DNA from: Octopus bimaculoides
Taxonomy: Eukaryota
Direction: 5' to 3'
Length of the DNA: 43,802 nucleotides
NCBI RefSeq assembly: GCF_001194135.2
Contig: NC_068981.1
Span: 76,474,109-76,517,910, forward strand
Part shown: in pieces, positions 1 to 11,930 of the stretch
Layout of the letters: each line of letters opens with the position of its first letter
How positions within the stretch are numbered: the stretch's first letter is position 1
Program-made: the position numbers and the translations under genes
Notes under the pieces: generated by a model
What the model saw: the letters and a program-made list of their open reading frames with translations, nothing else
Database searches by the model: none
Told to the model about the DNA's origin: nothing

Positions 1-477
1 ATATATGTATATATATATACGTGGGTTTTCAGCAGTTTACAATTTAAACTCATAGATATAGTGTAGCGTCAGACAAAATACAGAAACAAAAGAGAATAAA
101 AGGGATTTAGTTTGACTATATATTACAATTCTATCTTGATAGTCAGATTTTTGGAGAGAAAATGCAAAACAGAATGAAGAATAAAATTAAGCTTTTAAAG
201 TGTTAGAGTGATAAGAGACTGATCATCCTGTATTTATAAACTCTTTCTTCGATTCTTTGAAGGATCGAAGTCAACATTGGTCTTTCGCAACAAAACAACT
301 GGATTGATTCAGTTTCTATTTAAAGTTATTTTATTGCTGTCCAGATTTTATGTCCTTTTTTAAACCCTAGAAATAGGTTAGTAGATATATTCACCCCACC
401 CCGTTTATATATATATTATTTCATACACAATTATATGTGACTATATTAGTATTCGCGTCTTTATATTATGATTATAT

Positions 478-739
478 GTCTGTGCACACGTTTGAATGTG
501 GTGTGTGCCAGAGGGTTTGCAAATCCAATGGGGGTCTTAAAAGACATGTTAGGATCCACAATGAGCAGAACTTACTTGCAGGTATTGGTAGTGCAAATCA
601 GAGGTGCAATCTGTGTGGGTGTTTTTTCAAAACACTGTCTGGTTTAAAAAGCCACATCAGACGCCATGAAAGGGCTAAGGTGTAGGTGCAGGAGGTGGTC
701 AAACTCTGTTTAAGGAGTAGACAACCACCATATATATAT
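478..739 (+). mobile_element. Probable 5'-truncated 3' end of a non-LTR retrotransposon (LINE, RTE-like) encoding two C2H2 zinc fingers
   Basis: Frame to TAG 683-685 reads FECGVCQRVCKSNGGLKRHVRIH-NEQNLLAGIGSANQR-CNLCGCFFKTLSGLKSHIRRH, i.e. two C-x2-C-x12-H-x3-H fingers with a non-TGEKP linker. There is no ATG or splice acceptor upstream, and the stop is followed by a 45-nt 3' UTR running into (TA)n at 731. The fingers are seen directly; the LINE origin is inferred. Confidence 0.6.
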
Positions 740-1261
740 NNNNNNNNNNNNNNNNNNNNNNNNNNNNNNNNNNNNNNNNNNNNNNNNNNNNNNNNNNNNN
801 NNNNNNNNNNNNNNNNNNNNNNNNNNNNNNNNNNNNNNNNNNNNNNNNNNNNNNNNNNNNNNNNNNNNNNNNNNNNNNNNNNNNNNNNNNNNNNNNNNNN
901 NNNNNNNNNNNNNNNNNNNNNNNNNNNNNNNNNNNNNNNNNNNNNNNNNNNNNNNNNNNNNNNNNNNNNNNNNNNNNNNNNNNNNNNNNNNNNNNNNNNN
1001 NNNNNNNNNNTATATATATATATATGAGTGTGTGTGTGTGTGTGTGTATGTTATATTCACACATATATATGCAGATGTGCCGTATATGCATATACACGTG
1101 AATATTCAAATGTATATATATATATATAAATTCAAATGCACAAAACTACCCACATATATGCATTCATTATTTTACACACCCACACTGACATATGAGCTTA
1201 CTACTTATCGGTCTGTCTAAGTAACTGTCTAGCTAAGTATTTATTTATTTCTCTGTCTATT

Positions 1262-1262
1262 C

Positions 1263-1334
<72 letters not shown>

Positions 1335-1347
1335 CTCTCTCTCTCTA

Positions 1348-1382
<35 letters not shown>

Positions 1383-1390
1383 CTATCTAC
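1262..1390. repeat. Compound (CT)n/(CTAT)/(TA)n microsatellite
   Basis: Seen directly in sequence. Confidence 0.95.
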
Positions 1391-1681
1391 TTATCTCTCA
1401 CTTTATTTAGCTATATAATTTTTGTGTGCTTATTCGTGTGTCAATATTATTAATATTATCTGTTAATATAACAGATTGTAAATTGTGATCAGCACATTGC
1501 AACTTATTAATAAATGCTTTATTAAAAACATGAATTATATTAAAGCAAAAAATATTAATGACGTACATTCTTTTAATGAGTGTACTGGATTTCCAACATA
1601 TTAATATACCGTGCAAATGATGGCAATGCCACTGACATGAACAATTTTACATCCTCCTCAAATAATATCTCTCTGGTGTAG

Positions 1682-1799
1682 AATGTGAAAAAGAACAAGG
1701 AAGCTTGAATTACAGCTACAGATATTTCGACTGGTTTTGTCGAGCATTTACCCTTAGTCTAAATACATTCATGTGGCTTGGACTTCCAGGAAAGACATG
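1682..1799 (+). CDS. Candidate internal exon encoding part of a divergent C-type lectin-like domain
   Basis: Acceptor tctctctggtgtAG (1680-1681) and donor TG|GTAAAC (1800). The 118-nt open frame reads (x)CEKEQGSLNYSYRYFDWFCRAFTLSLNTFMWLGLPGKT(W/C), matching the C-xxx-G-x-L ... W-[IL]-G-L ... W pattern of CTLDs. GC content is higher than in the flanks. Confidence 0.45.
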
Positions 1800-1997
1800 G
1801 TAAACCACAATTGCCTATCCCACATATCACGTCCAAACAATGCAACTGCTTCTGATTTCAAAAAGCGTATATACACATACATTACCGTATTTTTATATGT
1901 ACGTATGTTTGTATTATATTATATCGAAGGATTGAAAAATGTTGAAATATATATGATATTCGATGTGAAATTCGAGAGACAGACACAGACAGATGAA

Positions 1998-1999
1998 TT

Positions 2000-2066
<67 letters not shown>
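1998..2066. repeat. (GATA)n tetranucleotide microsatellite
   Basis: Seen directly. Confidence 0.95.
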
Positions 2067-2068
<2 letters not shown>

Positions 2069-5000
2069 GTACAAGTCACATTTCCGTCAATTAGTTTCAC
2101 TCACAAGTCATTGATGAGCCTTATTCCACAGTACTAAACTCTTAATTAGACTGCAATACAGTAGGATTGAAATCTTCCCCAAGTGACGAGCAGTCGGGAT
2201 TTATGTGTCTCAGCGCACGTGTGTGACTATCTATCTATCTATCTATCTATCTATATATATATATATATATATATATGACGTTCTATTACTCTCAATTTGC
2301 CGCCCATCACGTTAATTTATCTCTGATGAGCAGTGGTGTGTTTCTTTTCATTCACCTGATTTTATTCGTCGTAAATTTTATCCAAAACTCACAAAAAAGA
2401 TCGTACCATTCGTCATCATAACAGTAGCAACCACTTCATCATCATAATATTCAGCTCACTCTCTCTCTCTTTTTCTCTCTTTCCCCTTCCCCCTCTCTCT
2501 CTTTCACTCATTATATATATGTTTCTCTTTGATCTATTTATCGAATAGCTAACATACGTAATACTTATTGAATTGCTCATGTGCTGCAGATATTGCAGGC
2601 CAATTCTAAATTTTGCAGACCTATGCAATATTCAGCGTAGATATTGCTATATAAAGTTGTCTTCATCGACAGAATCTACATATTCTTCATTTTTCTCTTT
2701 CATTTTCTTCTCGTTATTCTTTTGCTGCAGTTTTCCGTTTTATTCTTCTTCCTGTTTTTATTTATTTTTTTTCTAAAGCTGGCTTGAAGTTTGATGAAGC
2801 AGAAAACAAAATTTACATCACCGCATTAAAACTAATTCAGCGCTTTTCATTTTATGGAAAATTAGAAAACTGAAACAGCCAAGCAGAAGATTTTTCCCCT
2901 TTCCATAGTGGTTTTTACTTCATATATATGGTAGCATAAATTAGACAACCGTCCAAATTAGCTATTTTATAATTCGCACACATCTTTGTCTTTATTGATT
3001 GAATTATCCCTGTCTTCATTCAGGTTGTAATTTCGAATAATATTGTTTTACAGTCATTCCCTTTTATACTTAAGCCAATGTTAAATCATTCATGTCCTGG
3101 TTAGCGTGGGACCCTGAGTTCTCGTTAAAAGCTTCGTGATATATATATATGTATATGTGTGTGTGCGTGTCTATCCTCATGTACATATGTAATCCCAAGT
3201 TTCAGATATGAAATAAAAGAATTAGGCTACATTTTAGCGTTTTACTTTATAATGTCCATTTTATTTTATTTTTTTTTCAAATGTAGAAAACAAAACGTTC
3301 TGAGAGCCTATATCTTTTTTCGCCTCTAGTTGTGATAGGAAATGGAATGACATGGTAATGTTTCTACTTATTTCGCAGCTATTAATTTCCGTTTCATGTA
3401 TAATTCAATTAGTGTTAGCCAAAAATGTCATTGATTTCCTACATTTTATACTTATATCGAATAATGTATTGGAGACATTTTGAATGCGACTGTATCTTGG
3501 TTTATAATGGCTTGAACATATTTAAATTATTTTTTTATAATTTTATGGCTCTTAAAGAATATTAACGATTTTTAACTAGGTTCATAGATTCCATTTAGGA
3601 TTTGGTCACAACGGTGGCGTTTACGTTTACGTATTTGCTGTAGTAGCAACATAACTAATAATAATCATGATGAATAAAAGAGTTAAATTATGGTCTTGTA
3701 CATTATTTTATCCCGTTTAATCGTATCGTTAGCTCTATAAGACTTTTTCAGAATCATTAATTAAAAAAAAATTGTTTGCGTTGCTTAAAATTCAACTTAA
3801 AATTCGAAACAAATCTGTGGTGAAATGTATATGTATGTTAAGTGAAGTACATTTTTAACTGTGGAGTCAGTGTGTTCCTATTCAACGTTTACAAATTCGT
3901 GTGACGAATCAAACAAAATAAAACTCACTACCCACCAGACGAAATCTACAAGACTATTTTAAATCACCTCTACAGACCATCGAAACATTCTTTAAATATT
4001 CAGTGAACTTTTTTTTTTGTTGTTTTACGATCTACATGCACACATTTTATGTTATTGGCCTATGGATTCAGTCTGAAATTTCGAATATATATCTATGCAT
4101 ATGAATGGTATTATGCAAAACTAGTACAATAATGTCAACGCATATACGCCCCACACCCACGCACAAACTATGCACAGATATGCATAACTGAGTGTTTGTG
4201 TATGTATGCGTATGCTTGTAAACCGTTTAAAGGTAGGCGTACTTCTATTGATTCTTCACATCGGCCTCAGAGAAGTGAATGTCGAATTTTACTTAATCGC
4301 TCTCTATAAATTCAGATAAGAGCCTCCATCAATTATTCCTCCCCCACCCCGTTTGTCTTTCAATGGTTACTTAATAACTTGAATACTGGTATTCGAAGCC
4401 TAATACTTTTTTCTTTTTTACTTGTATACCTTTTAACTGATTTTTCCCTCCATTGCTGTTGCTGTTCATCTCACTCTTCAAGTATTTCGTAGAGCATATT
4501 TTTATTACGTTTTAAAATTAGCTAATTCACAACTCTAAAAGCTTATATGGAATGAATGATTTTCTCCAATATTCCGGCAACCTACTGCTATAATGCCCCT
4601 CATTCTAACAAACGGTGATTTTTTTTTTTTTGCGCTTGCAGTTTTGATTGGCAATTTTTGTTCTTCCATGACCTCAGAACAGATTATTATTATACATTAT
4701 TTTCTTCTACTTTATTTTAGTAACATTATTATCCTATCATTTTTCTATGGTTCCATAAACTATTATCTTTATTTCAAAGAAGATTGTTTATCTAAAACAC
4801 CCACACAACCCTCTCCTTACAAGCAATACCAATATCAAAAATTTTACTTCAGTCCTAAAAAGAAAATTTCTGCCGTGGTGGATCATCAACTTTCTCCTTC
4901 AATTCTCTTTTTCTGTCTATCATTACAGCATTAAATATCAAATATTAAATGGCTTGAATTATGCATATTTCCATTTTGTTTTTGTTTTATTTTTCTTCCT

Positions 5001-5090
5001 TTTGTTTTAAAATTTTACTTCCATGTTCTGCGTTTCCTGCTGTAACAAACAATATATTTCCATCTTGTTAGCAGTGGTCTGTATGATATA

Positions 5091-6334
5091 CATGGGTTGG
5101 AAAAAATAATGGAAACACCTAAAGATTTCAAACAAATTTATTTTAACATGGGGTAGGACCGCCTTTGGCGGTAATTACAGCTTGAATTCTACAAAGTTTA
5201 TATTGTTTTCAAAGGAATTTTTGTCCATTTTTCAGCTAAAACAATTTCGAGTTCTTGTAGTGATGATGGTGGAGGATAACGACTCCTTACTTGCTTTTCT
5301 AAAATGAATCATAAATGTTCAATAATATTGAGATCTGGGGACTATGGTGACCAGATAAGATTCTCAACTTCACTAGAATGTTTCTTGTGCCATTCACTAA
5401 CAAAGTTAGGTGTGTGAATTGGTTCATTATCATCCTGAAAGATTGCACTTCCCTCTGGAGGAAACAGTTCCACAAACAGATAAAATGCTTAAATAGACTT
5501 CACTATTAATTCTGCCATGAAGGAAAACCATTGGGATGGCGGATTTCCAAGATGTAGCCCCACCATCAGATCATCACAGATCCTCCTCCATGTTTAACAG
5601 TTGGAAGAAGGCAGTCTGGGTCAAATGTTTCTTTTGGCTATTTCCACACGTTTACTCGACCGGTGCTCGTAAATAAGGTAAAGGATGACACGTTCGAGAA
5701 AATAACATTCTCCCACTGCTCTAGGGACCTATTCTGTAGGTTTTTACACCACTCTAAAAGCTTTGCAACATTTGTTTTTAAAAGTAGTGGTTTTCTGATT
5801 GCAGCGCTCCTCTGAAATCCGGCTTGGTGCAGCTCGCAGCGAACAGTTTTTGTGGAAACTGGTTCTCGAGGTGGTCATTAAGCTCTGCAGTAATTTTGGG
5901 AGCTGTACTCTTGTGATCCTTTCTAACAATTCACTTAAAAGTCCGACGGTCCATATCTGAAAGATTTGGTTTTCTTCCGGAGTTTTGTTTTGACAAGGAA
6001 GTTTTCCTTCTTTCTCAAAGGCTCTTATTACTTTCCAGACAGTACTTCTTCATACGCCAGACATTTCGGCTGTTTTTGTTACGCTAGCAACTGCCATACG
6101 AGCACCAACAATTTGACCTCTTTGAAAGTCCGATAGATCTGTTATTTTAATGAATTTTAATTACCTTTTCCTGATGATATCTGAAAAGAAACAACAATTT
6201 TAGCAAAGCATGTTAAGCAACATTAATACTTAATCAAAAAATATAAAAATAAACAATCTTTTGACGGTCTTATATATATTTCAAAATTATGAAACTAAGA
6301 TGCTAGGTCTTTCGATTATTTTGTCCAACCCCTG
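5091..6334 (-). mobile_element. Tc1-like DNA transposon, near full length, decayed
   Basis: Imperfect terminal inverted repeats: catgggttggaaaaaataatggaaacacct at 5091 versus the reverse complement caggggttggacaaaataatcgaaagacct ending at 6334. TA lies on the left flank and CA/TA on the right. Length is 1244 bp with transposase remnants inside. Confidence 0.93.
5143..6145 (-). pseudogene. Tc1 (DD34E-type) transposase pseudogene
   Basis: Minus strand reads ITDLSDFQRGQIVGARMAVASVTKTAEMSGV*RSTVWKV..., ENVIFSNVSS (from FSDES, first Asp lost), AIFQDDNEP, WSP*SPDLNIIEHL and RIQAVITAKGGPTPC*. It carries multiple stops and frameshifts, and the start codon has mutated to ATA. Confidence 0.9.
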
Positions 6335-6496
6335 CATATTAATTCCATATTGAAGTCAGTTTCGCTGATTGCGTGCTCAGTACATTAATGCACCTTGTGA
6401 GTGGAACTCATAGATGTAATTCTTTATATATTTGGTACTGAAAGATATTGAGTGAGCATGTGCGAGATATGTGAATGCGCGCAGGATATTCGGTGG

Positions 6497-6759
<263 letters not shown>

Positions 6760-8453
6760 CTAGCTAATAGAGAGATAGAGAAATAGAAAAGGCTTTGATA
6801 GTTTGATACAGGAATGAGTTCATGGGATGAATAGCGGTAACTGAAATATGTGAAAAGCCCCATCAACTGTCGATACCGAATTGAAATTCTAAAATCGTGC
6901 AAATTTACCTTTACTAGAAAAACTGGGAACCATTACTCAATCTTTTAATCTACATAAGTAGTAGTCAAATTTCCTTCAAATGAATGTTCACCGTCTTAAA
7001 AAATGGAAAGTCACCTTAATTACAATATGGATGGAAAACGTAGTTCGACATGTTAAGAGTAGAATACTTTTAAACATATATATGCGGGGTATAGGCTGAC
7101 TTAGAACAAGGATTTGAGCAACGTCCCTCTCGTCTGCAGCGATTACTATTTGAAGACAACATCAATTATGGCTGACTTTATTTTAAAAGAAATATGCATA
7201 AAATTATATTGTTACATACTCAGCAGTTTTTACTGTCTGAATATTCATATAACTGGAATCATGTAATATTTAAACGTACTTAGTTTAATAACGTAGGCCC
7301 CCATTCTCATTCGATTAAAGGAATATTAATTCTGAACGTAGATTTAATGAAGTTTATTTAGATTAGACCTGCCTATGGAGATTCTTATGTCAGCAAGAGA
7401 CATTTATTGAGAATATTAATATCTGCATTGGAAGAACATTATTGAGCACTGTTTACTCATACGGTATTCATGTAAACATAAAATGACCACTTTCAAAAGA
7501 TTTTTTTTAAAAATCAATTCAAGTTATCTGAACTGAGCTATTTAAAACTGACCTACAACGTATCTTGTTATAACCAGATAGCTTCAAAAAATTCTGACAG
7601 CTCGCCGTCTTATTACTTATAGTTAATGATCAAAGTACATTGTTGCGTACAGTTTGATTATTTGTGTAACGTTTACAGTTGAAAACAACAGTTAAGAGCC
7701 AGCAGTGTTACATTGCCTACAGTTGGCTCTGACAAATAAGATGCAAATATAATTCTAACAACTCAATTCCATATTAACTGACATTTAAATTCGTATATTC
7801 CCAAGCCTTGTTCCTGAACAGTTTTACATCTATTTAACTTAATCGGTATTTCACTTTATTAACACTTACTGTCATTCGTGGTCTTAACCCTATTACTTTA
7901 TAAGAGTTTTAAGTAAGACTTTTCAATTTTCGATACATTTAATTTTCATAAATTATCAAAAAACGTTGATATTGAATTAAAGTCCGTTCGAGGATAACTT
8001 AATTTGCTCATAGTCACACAGAGCATGTTTTCTCCAATAACAATATCAGACGTTTTGACATACATTCTGGAATTGCAGCTCTGTGATATTTCTCAGATTT
8101 GATCATTATGTACGTTCATTTTTTAACCTCTACTATTTTTTTCGCCAATATATTGAATTCTATATGTAGATGTATTTACTTTAGAACAAATTTAATAGCA
8201 CTTTTTATAAACATATCCTTCAGCTGACGCGAAATTCTACCACTATCTCGTAAACTAAAATGTGTATACATAGGAGAGAGATACATTCTAAATTTTACTC
8301 CAGGCATCATTGTAAGAAATAGAAAGAATCATTAGAAAATATAATGTTCAAGGATAGCACTAATCTTCGTAGACTGCTCAACAGAGCATGATGTTCCATA
8401 CGGTAAAAGTGATTACTTCACATTCACACAAACATTTACACACCTAAATACAT

Positions 8454-8456
<3 letters not shown>

Positions 8457-8492
<36 letters not shown>

Positions 8493-8572
8493 TGTGTGTG
8501 TGTGTGTGTGTGTGTGCGTGTGTGTGTGTGTGTTTGTGTGTGTATGTGTGTGTGTGTGTGTGTGTGTCTGTG
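8457..8572. repeat. (TG)n microsatellite
   Basis: Seen directly. Confidence 0.95.
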
Positions 8573-9721
8573 TGATCTTATTCTTGTCTATAAAGTCTTA
8601 TGGAGAAGAAGCGAGAAGTATCATCAATCTTCTCAAATAATGTTTCTTTTCAATCTGTTTTGTTTTTACAACACATCACTTTCACAAGTATTAATTTGTT
8701 TCATGAAGTTTACTCATGTAAGTACTAGTGTAAACTGTTGTCATTTAACTGAATTATATTTAGTTCTAATTGACTGCACTTAGACATATAGCTATTATTC
8801 TAAAGAAAACTGGTCTCCTTTTAAATGTTGATTACGGCGATTTTCAATCGACTTTCTGTTACTATAGTATTGGCTCCGTATCAGTACTAAACTTGAATGA
8901 TTATTACTTTCGAAAAGTTTTAATTAAAACAGAATACATTCAACTTCTTTCCACATTATGTAGCTGCATCTATCACACATGATTTGCTAAAAGTCAAATA
9001 AATTCTGCCATCATAAAACACTTTCATAAGCGACAGCAGCCTATATAATGAAAACAAATATATTTACGAATTACCAAACAATTTATTATGCAAACCATAA
9101 ACAATACTTAATCGGGAAAATGAAGACTATAATCCAAAGTGAATAAATTCGTATCCATATGTGAGCATATATTATTATTATATATATATATATATATATT
9201 TGTTCGAGAATAGTCAACATTAGCAGCAGAGGAAATGTCATCGACCTTAATACTTTTTGTAACATATTTATATCTCAAGCTTAAGCATTGCCTTTAGAAT
9301 CACTCTAGATTGTGTGCCAAGATAAATATAAGATCCCTGAGACGTCATCAGATATTTCTGAATCGGTTTAATGCATCTCGTTGCGTATAAATGCAGGTTG
9401 AAGGACCAAAAATTTTTAAAAAAAACAAAAAAAAAAACATGGCACACAGAAAATTTCCCAGAATTAGATTTGTGAAATTCAATAACCATATACAAGGCCA
9501 AACATTTAGTGTATGAAATAAATTATTTAATTGGTTCCCGTTATTTGGTGATTGATCCTTATTTTCATTGATCATACAATCAAAAGAATATACTTTAGAT
9601 TACAAAGACTCGATTTATAGATATAAATGCTTTTAAAACTACATTCCATTTATTGTATTACCCTGTGACCCTCAGCATATTCTATAATAAAGTAATAGTT
9701 ATGTAAATATGATTACACTAG

Positions 9722-10096
9722 CTAACAGAACAACAACCAGCTTTCCACACAGAATCTCATATCTGCAAGAGAATAGTTTTTAAATAAACGGATCTCCTGA
9801 AGACTAAACATTTCTGAATTTCGCAGTATAGAATCGAACATATCCGTAACATCTATAAGTTTAATGCAAGTTAAACAGCTGAACAACTTGTGTATTAGGG
9901 AATATACTAAGACATCAGTAAATCGTAATTCAGAATATAATCTTAAGAAAATCTCTTTCATAAATGGATGACCAATATTAAAATAAGTTTCAATACTAAT
10001 TTCTTGATCACCAGATATATAGCTACTACCGTAAAATATTTCCGAACTGTAGGTCTGAATTAAACTGGAAATTCCTGTGCGCTTCTGCAGGAATAT
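9722..10096 (-). CDS. Possible terminal exon or decayed ORF of unknown product (124 aa open)
   Basis: Stop-free frame IFLQKRTGISSLIQTYSSEIFYG...ADMRFCVESWLLFC*, preceded by ccacattttAG, which is either an acceptor or a single in-frame TAG. The same frame stays open for 59 more codons upstream (to 10276). No recognisable homology. Confidence 0.25.
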   Translation of the reverse strand: MFLQKRTGISSLIQTYSSEIFYGSSYISGDQEISIETYFNIGHPFMKEIFLRLYSELRFTDVLVYSLIHKLFSCLTCIKLIDVTDMFDSILRNSEMFSLQEIRLFKNYSLADMRFCVESWLLFC

Positions 10097-11459
10097 CTAA
10101 AATGTGGTGAAGTGGCAATGTTCGGACAAAATGTCTTTCACTTTTTGTGTCCCTCTACGTTCTGAGTTAGAATCACTCAAGTGTCTAATTTGCTTTTTTT
10201 TATTTCCTGCGAGGCTAAAATAATTAATTGCTGACATCGCTAGAACGACTGCAAATCTCGCCCAAATGCAACATATCTACCACAATTATTCATTACAATA
10301 TCGCCTAGCATCAACATCTGTTTAGAAGCTGTCGACCTTCATCAGGGAACTAGAATTTTAGGACGCTGAGAAATTTTAAAGCTTTGTATGCCACACAACA
10401 CTATTCATTTAACTATTACTAATGTCAATAATAAGCTGGACCATCTATCACTACTTCCTTTAAAACTCAATCGGCTCCTTCAGATCATTGGCGTCAAGAT
10501 TTTGTAATCATTCCTCAATATCAATTACTGCACAGCCTCTCTGTAAACTTATTCACTGTAGCTTCTAAATAAACATATCAAGACGTCATCCTTCATAAAG
10601 ATACTATTACGTTGGAAATTCAACTGCAAAAGGTATTATTAAAAATAGTATATCTGATTTGATATTCTGCTGTGATACAGTAATTACAAAGTTTCTTTTT
10701 CTTTCCCATTTTTTCACCAGTTTTATTTTATTTTTTTTATTAATACTTATTGCTGATTAATTGTTTTATTCATATTCATATTTTTCTTTTATCTTTTCTT
10801 CTTTTTTATTTTCCATCTTTTCCAGAGACGCTGTTATCGTTTTCTATGATTAAGTATTTCTTTTATCATTTTAACATCTTTTGTTCAATGTAAATGTAAT
10901 AGGTAATGAAGACACTTACCCATTGAACCTTCCACACGTGTCCCCTCACATCTTCGCCCACTCATTGATTGTCTCACCCTCTCACCATAATATATATATA
11001 CATATCACGATAAATTCACATTGCATCCGTTTCATAACAAGTTTACACGTGTTTTGTATCACATTTTTTAATCATTAATGAACACTACCTCATATCCATT
11101 TTTTCTTATAGGTAACCTCAAATCCTGCCTTTTGTTTCTTTTTATTGATTATTGATAGGATTAACTTTTTTCTCACTTGCAGTATAAATCCCAGTATCAA
11201 ATCCAATAAGTTTTCAATAGAGAGCTTCTTGTCACCATCTGGCAATGGATATTTATCTCCTTTAATATCAGTAGTGCAGAAAGTAATGATAGTTAAGCGC
11301 TTTCTAGAAAAATTTAGCAGTATAACAAATGTTATGATTAACCTAGAACTAGAGCTTGCTGGCAAGCTCAGAAGGCCGGAAACTTACTTTGAATTTTCGA
11401 AGCCAACCATTTGAATAAGGATTTCCAACATAGCTGTAATCTAAGCAACGTCATCGAGA

Positions 11460-11529
11460 CGCTAAAACTGTTAACAACAAGTCGGCCATCACACTGTTGA
11501 TGGCCAACTTGCGGTTAGCAGTTTTAGTG
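11460..11529 (+). ncRNA. Pre-miRNA-like hairpin (candidate)
   Basis: 11460-11491 pairs with 11498-11529: 27 Watson-Crick pairs, 2 G-U pairs and 3 mismatches around a 6-nt loop, in non-repetitive sequence. Function is not shown. Confidence 0.35.
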
Positions 11530-11734
11530 ACAAAGAAAGAAATTAACAGAAAGGGGAATCGTATATTAGAGTCAGTTTTTTCGATGTTCCCGAATTCTTG
11601 ATCCCTAGATTATGGAAAGCAGATTGCGAAAAAATATGCAATGCAAGGATATGTAAAGAAATCGTTCTAACCGAAGAATTGTCGTCTCAGTTTTTAAATC
11701 CAGCAATTTCTATGAAATTATTTACATTTGAAGG

Positions 11735-11930
11735 ATATTTGTCATCGAAAAATACCTAAGCAATGAAAACCCAGGTTCGAAATTTTCCCAAGACACCTGG
11801 TGAAGGCTGGAGGGTATATAAGCCGAAACGTTGTGTTAACATCAAACAAGATGAGGACAAATATCCCTCAAATGTAAATAATGTAAATAATGTACATAAT
11901 TCCTCATCTCTTAAATATAGAACTGTAAGT
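11735..11930 (+). mobile_element. Penelope-like element terminal (pLTR-type) fragment carrying a hammerhead motif
   Basis: Contains gacac-CTGGTGA-a-ggct...agcc-GAAAC-GTT-gtgtt followed by 9-mer tandem units aatgtaaat. This CTGATGA...CGAAACG architecture is typical of PLE termini. Boundaries are approximate. Confidence 0.6.
11792..11837 (+). ncRNA. Minimal type I hammerhead ribozyme-like motif, probably inactive copy
   Basis: Stem I gacac (11792-96) / gtgtt (11833-37); core CTGGTGA (A6 changed to G at 11800); extra A at 11804; stem II ggct/agcc; GAAA; palindromic ACGT stem III; cleavage triplet GUU ending at 11832. Confidence 0.6.

Noticed and set aside
3599-3630. Possible next CTLD exon (W-IWSQRW) after 1799
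   Set aside because: It is in phase and gives a WxW motif, but the donor is weak and the expected DG/NW/Cys motifs do not follow.
11112-11414. 100-codon plus-strand frame with acceptors at 11111 and 11182
   Set aside because: No strong donor or recognisable motif, and it overlaps an equally long minus frame; the coding strand cannot be decided, so it is not listed as a CDS.
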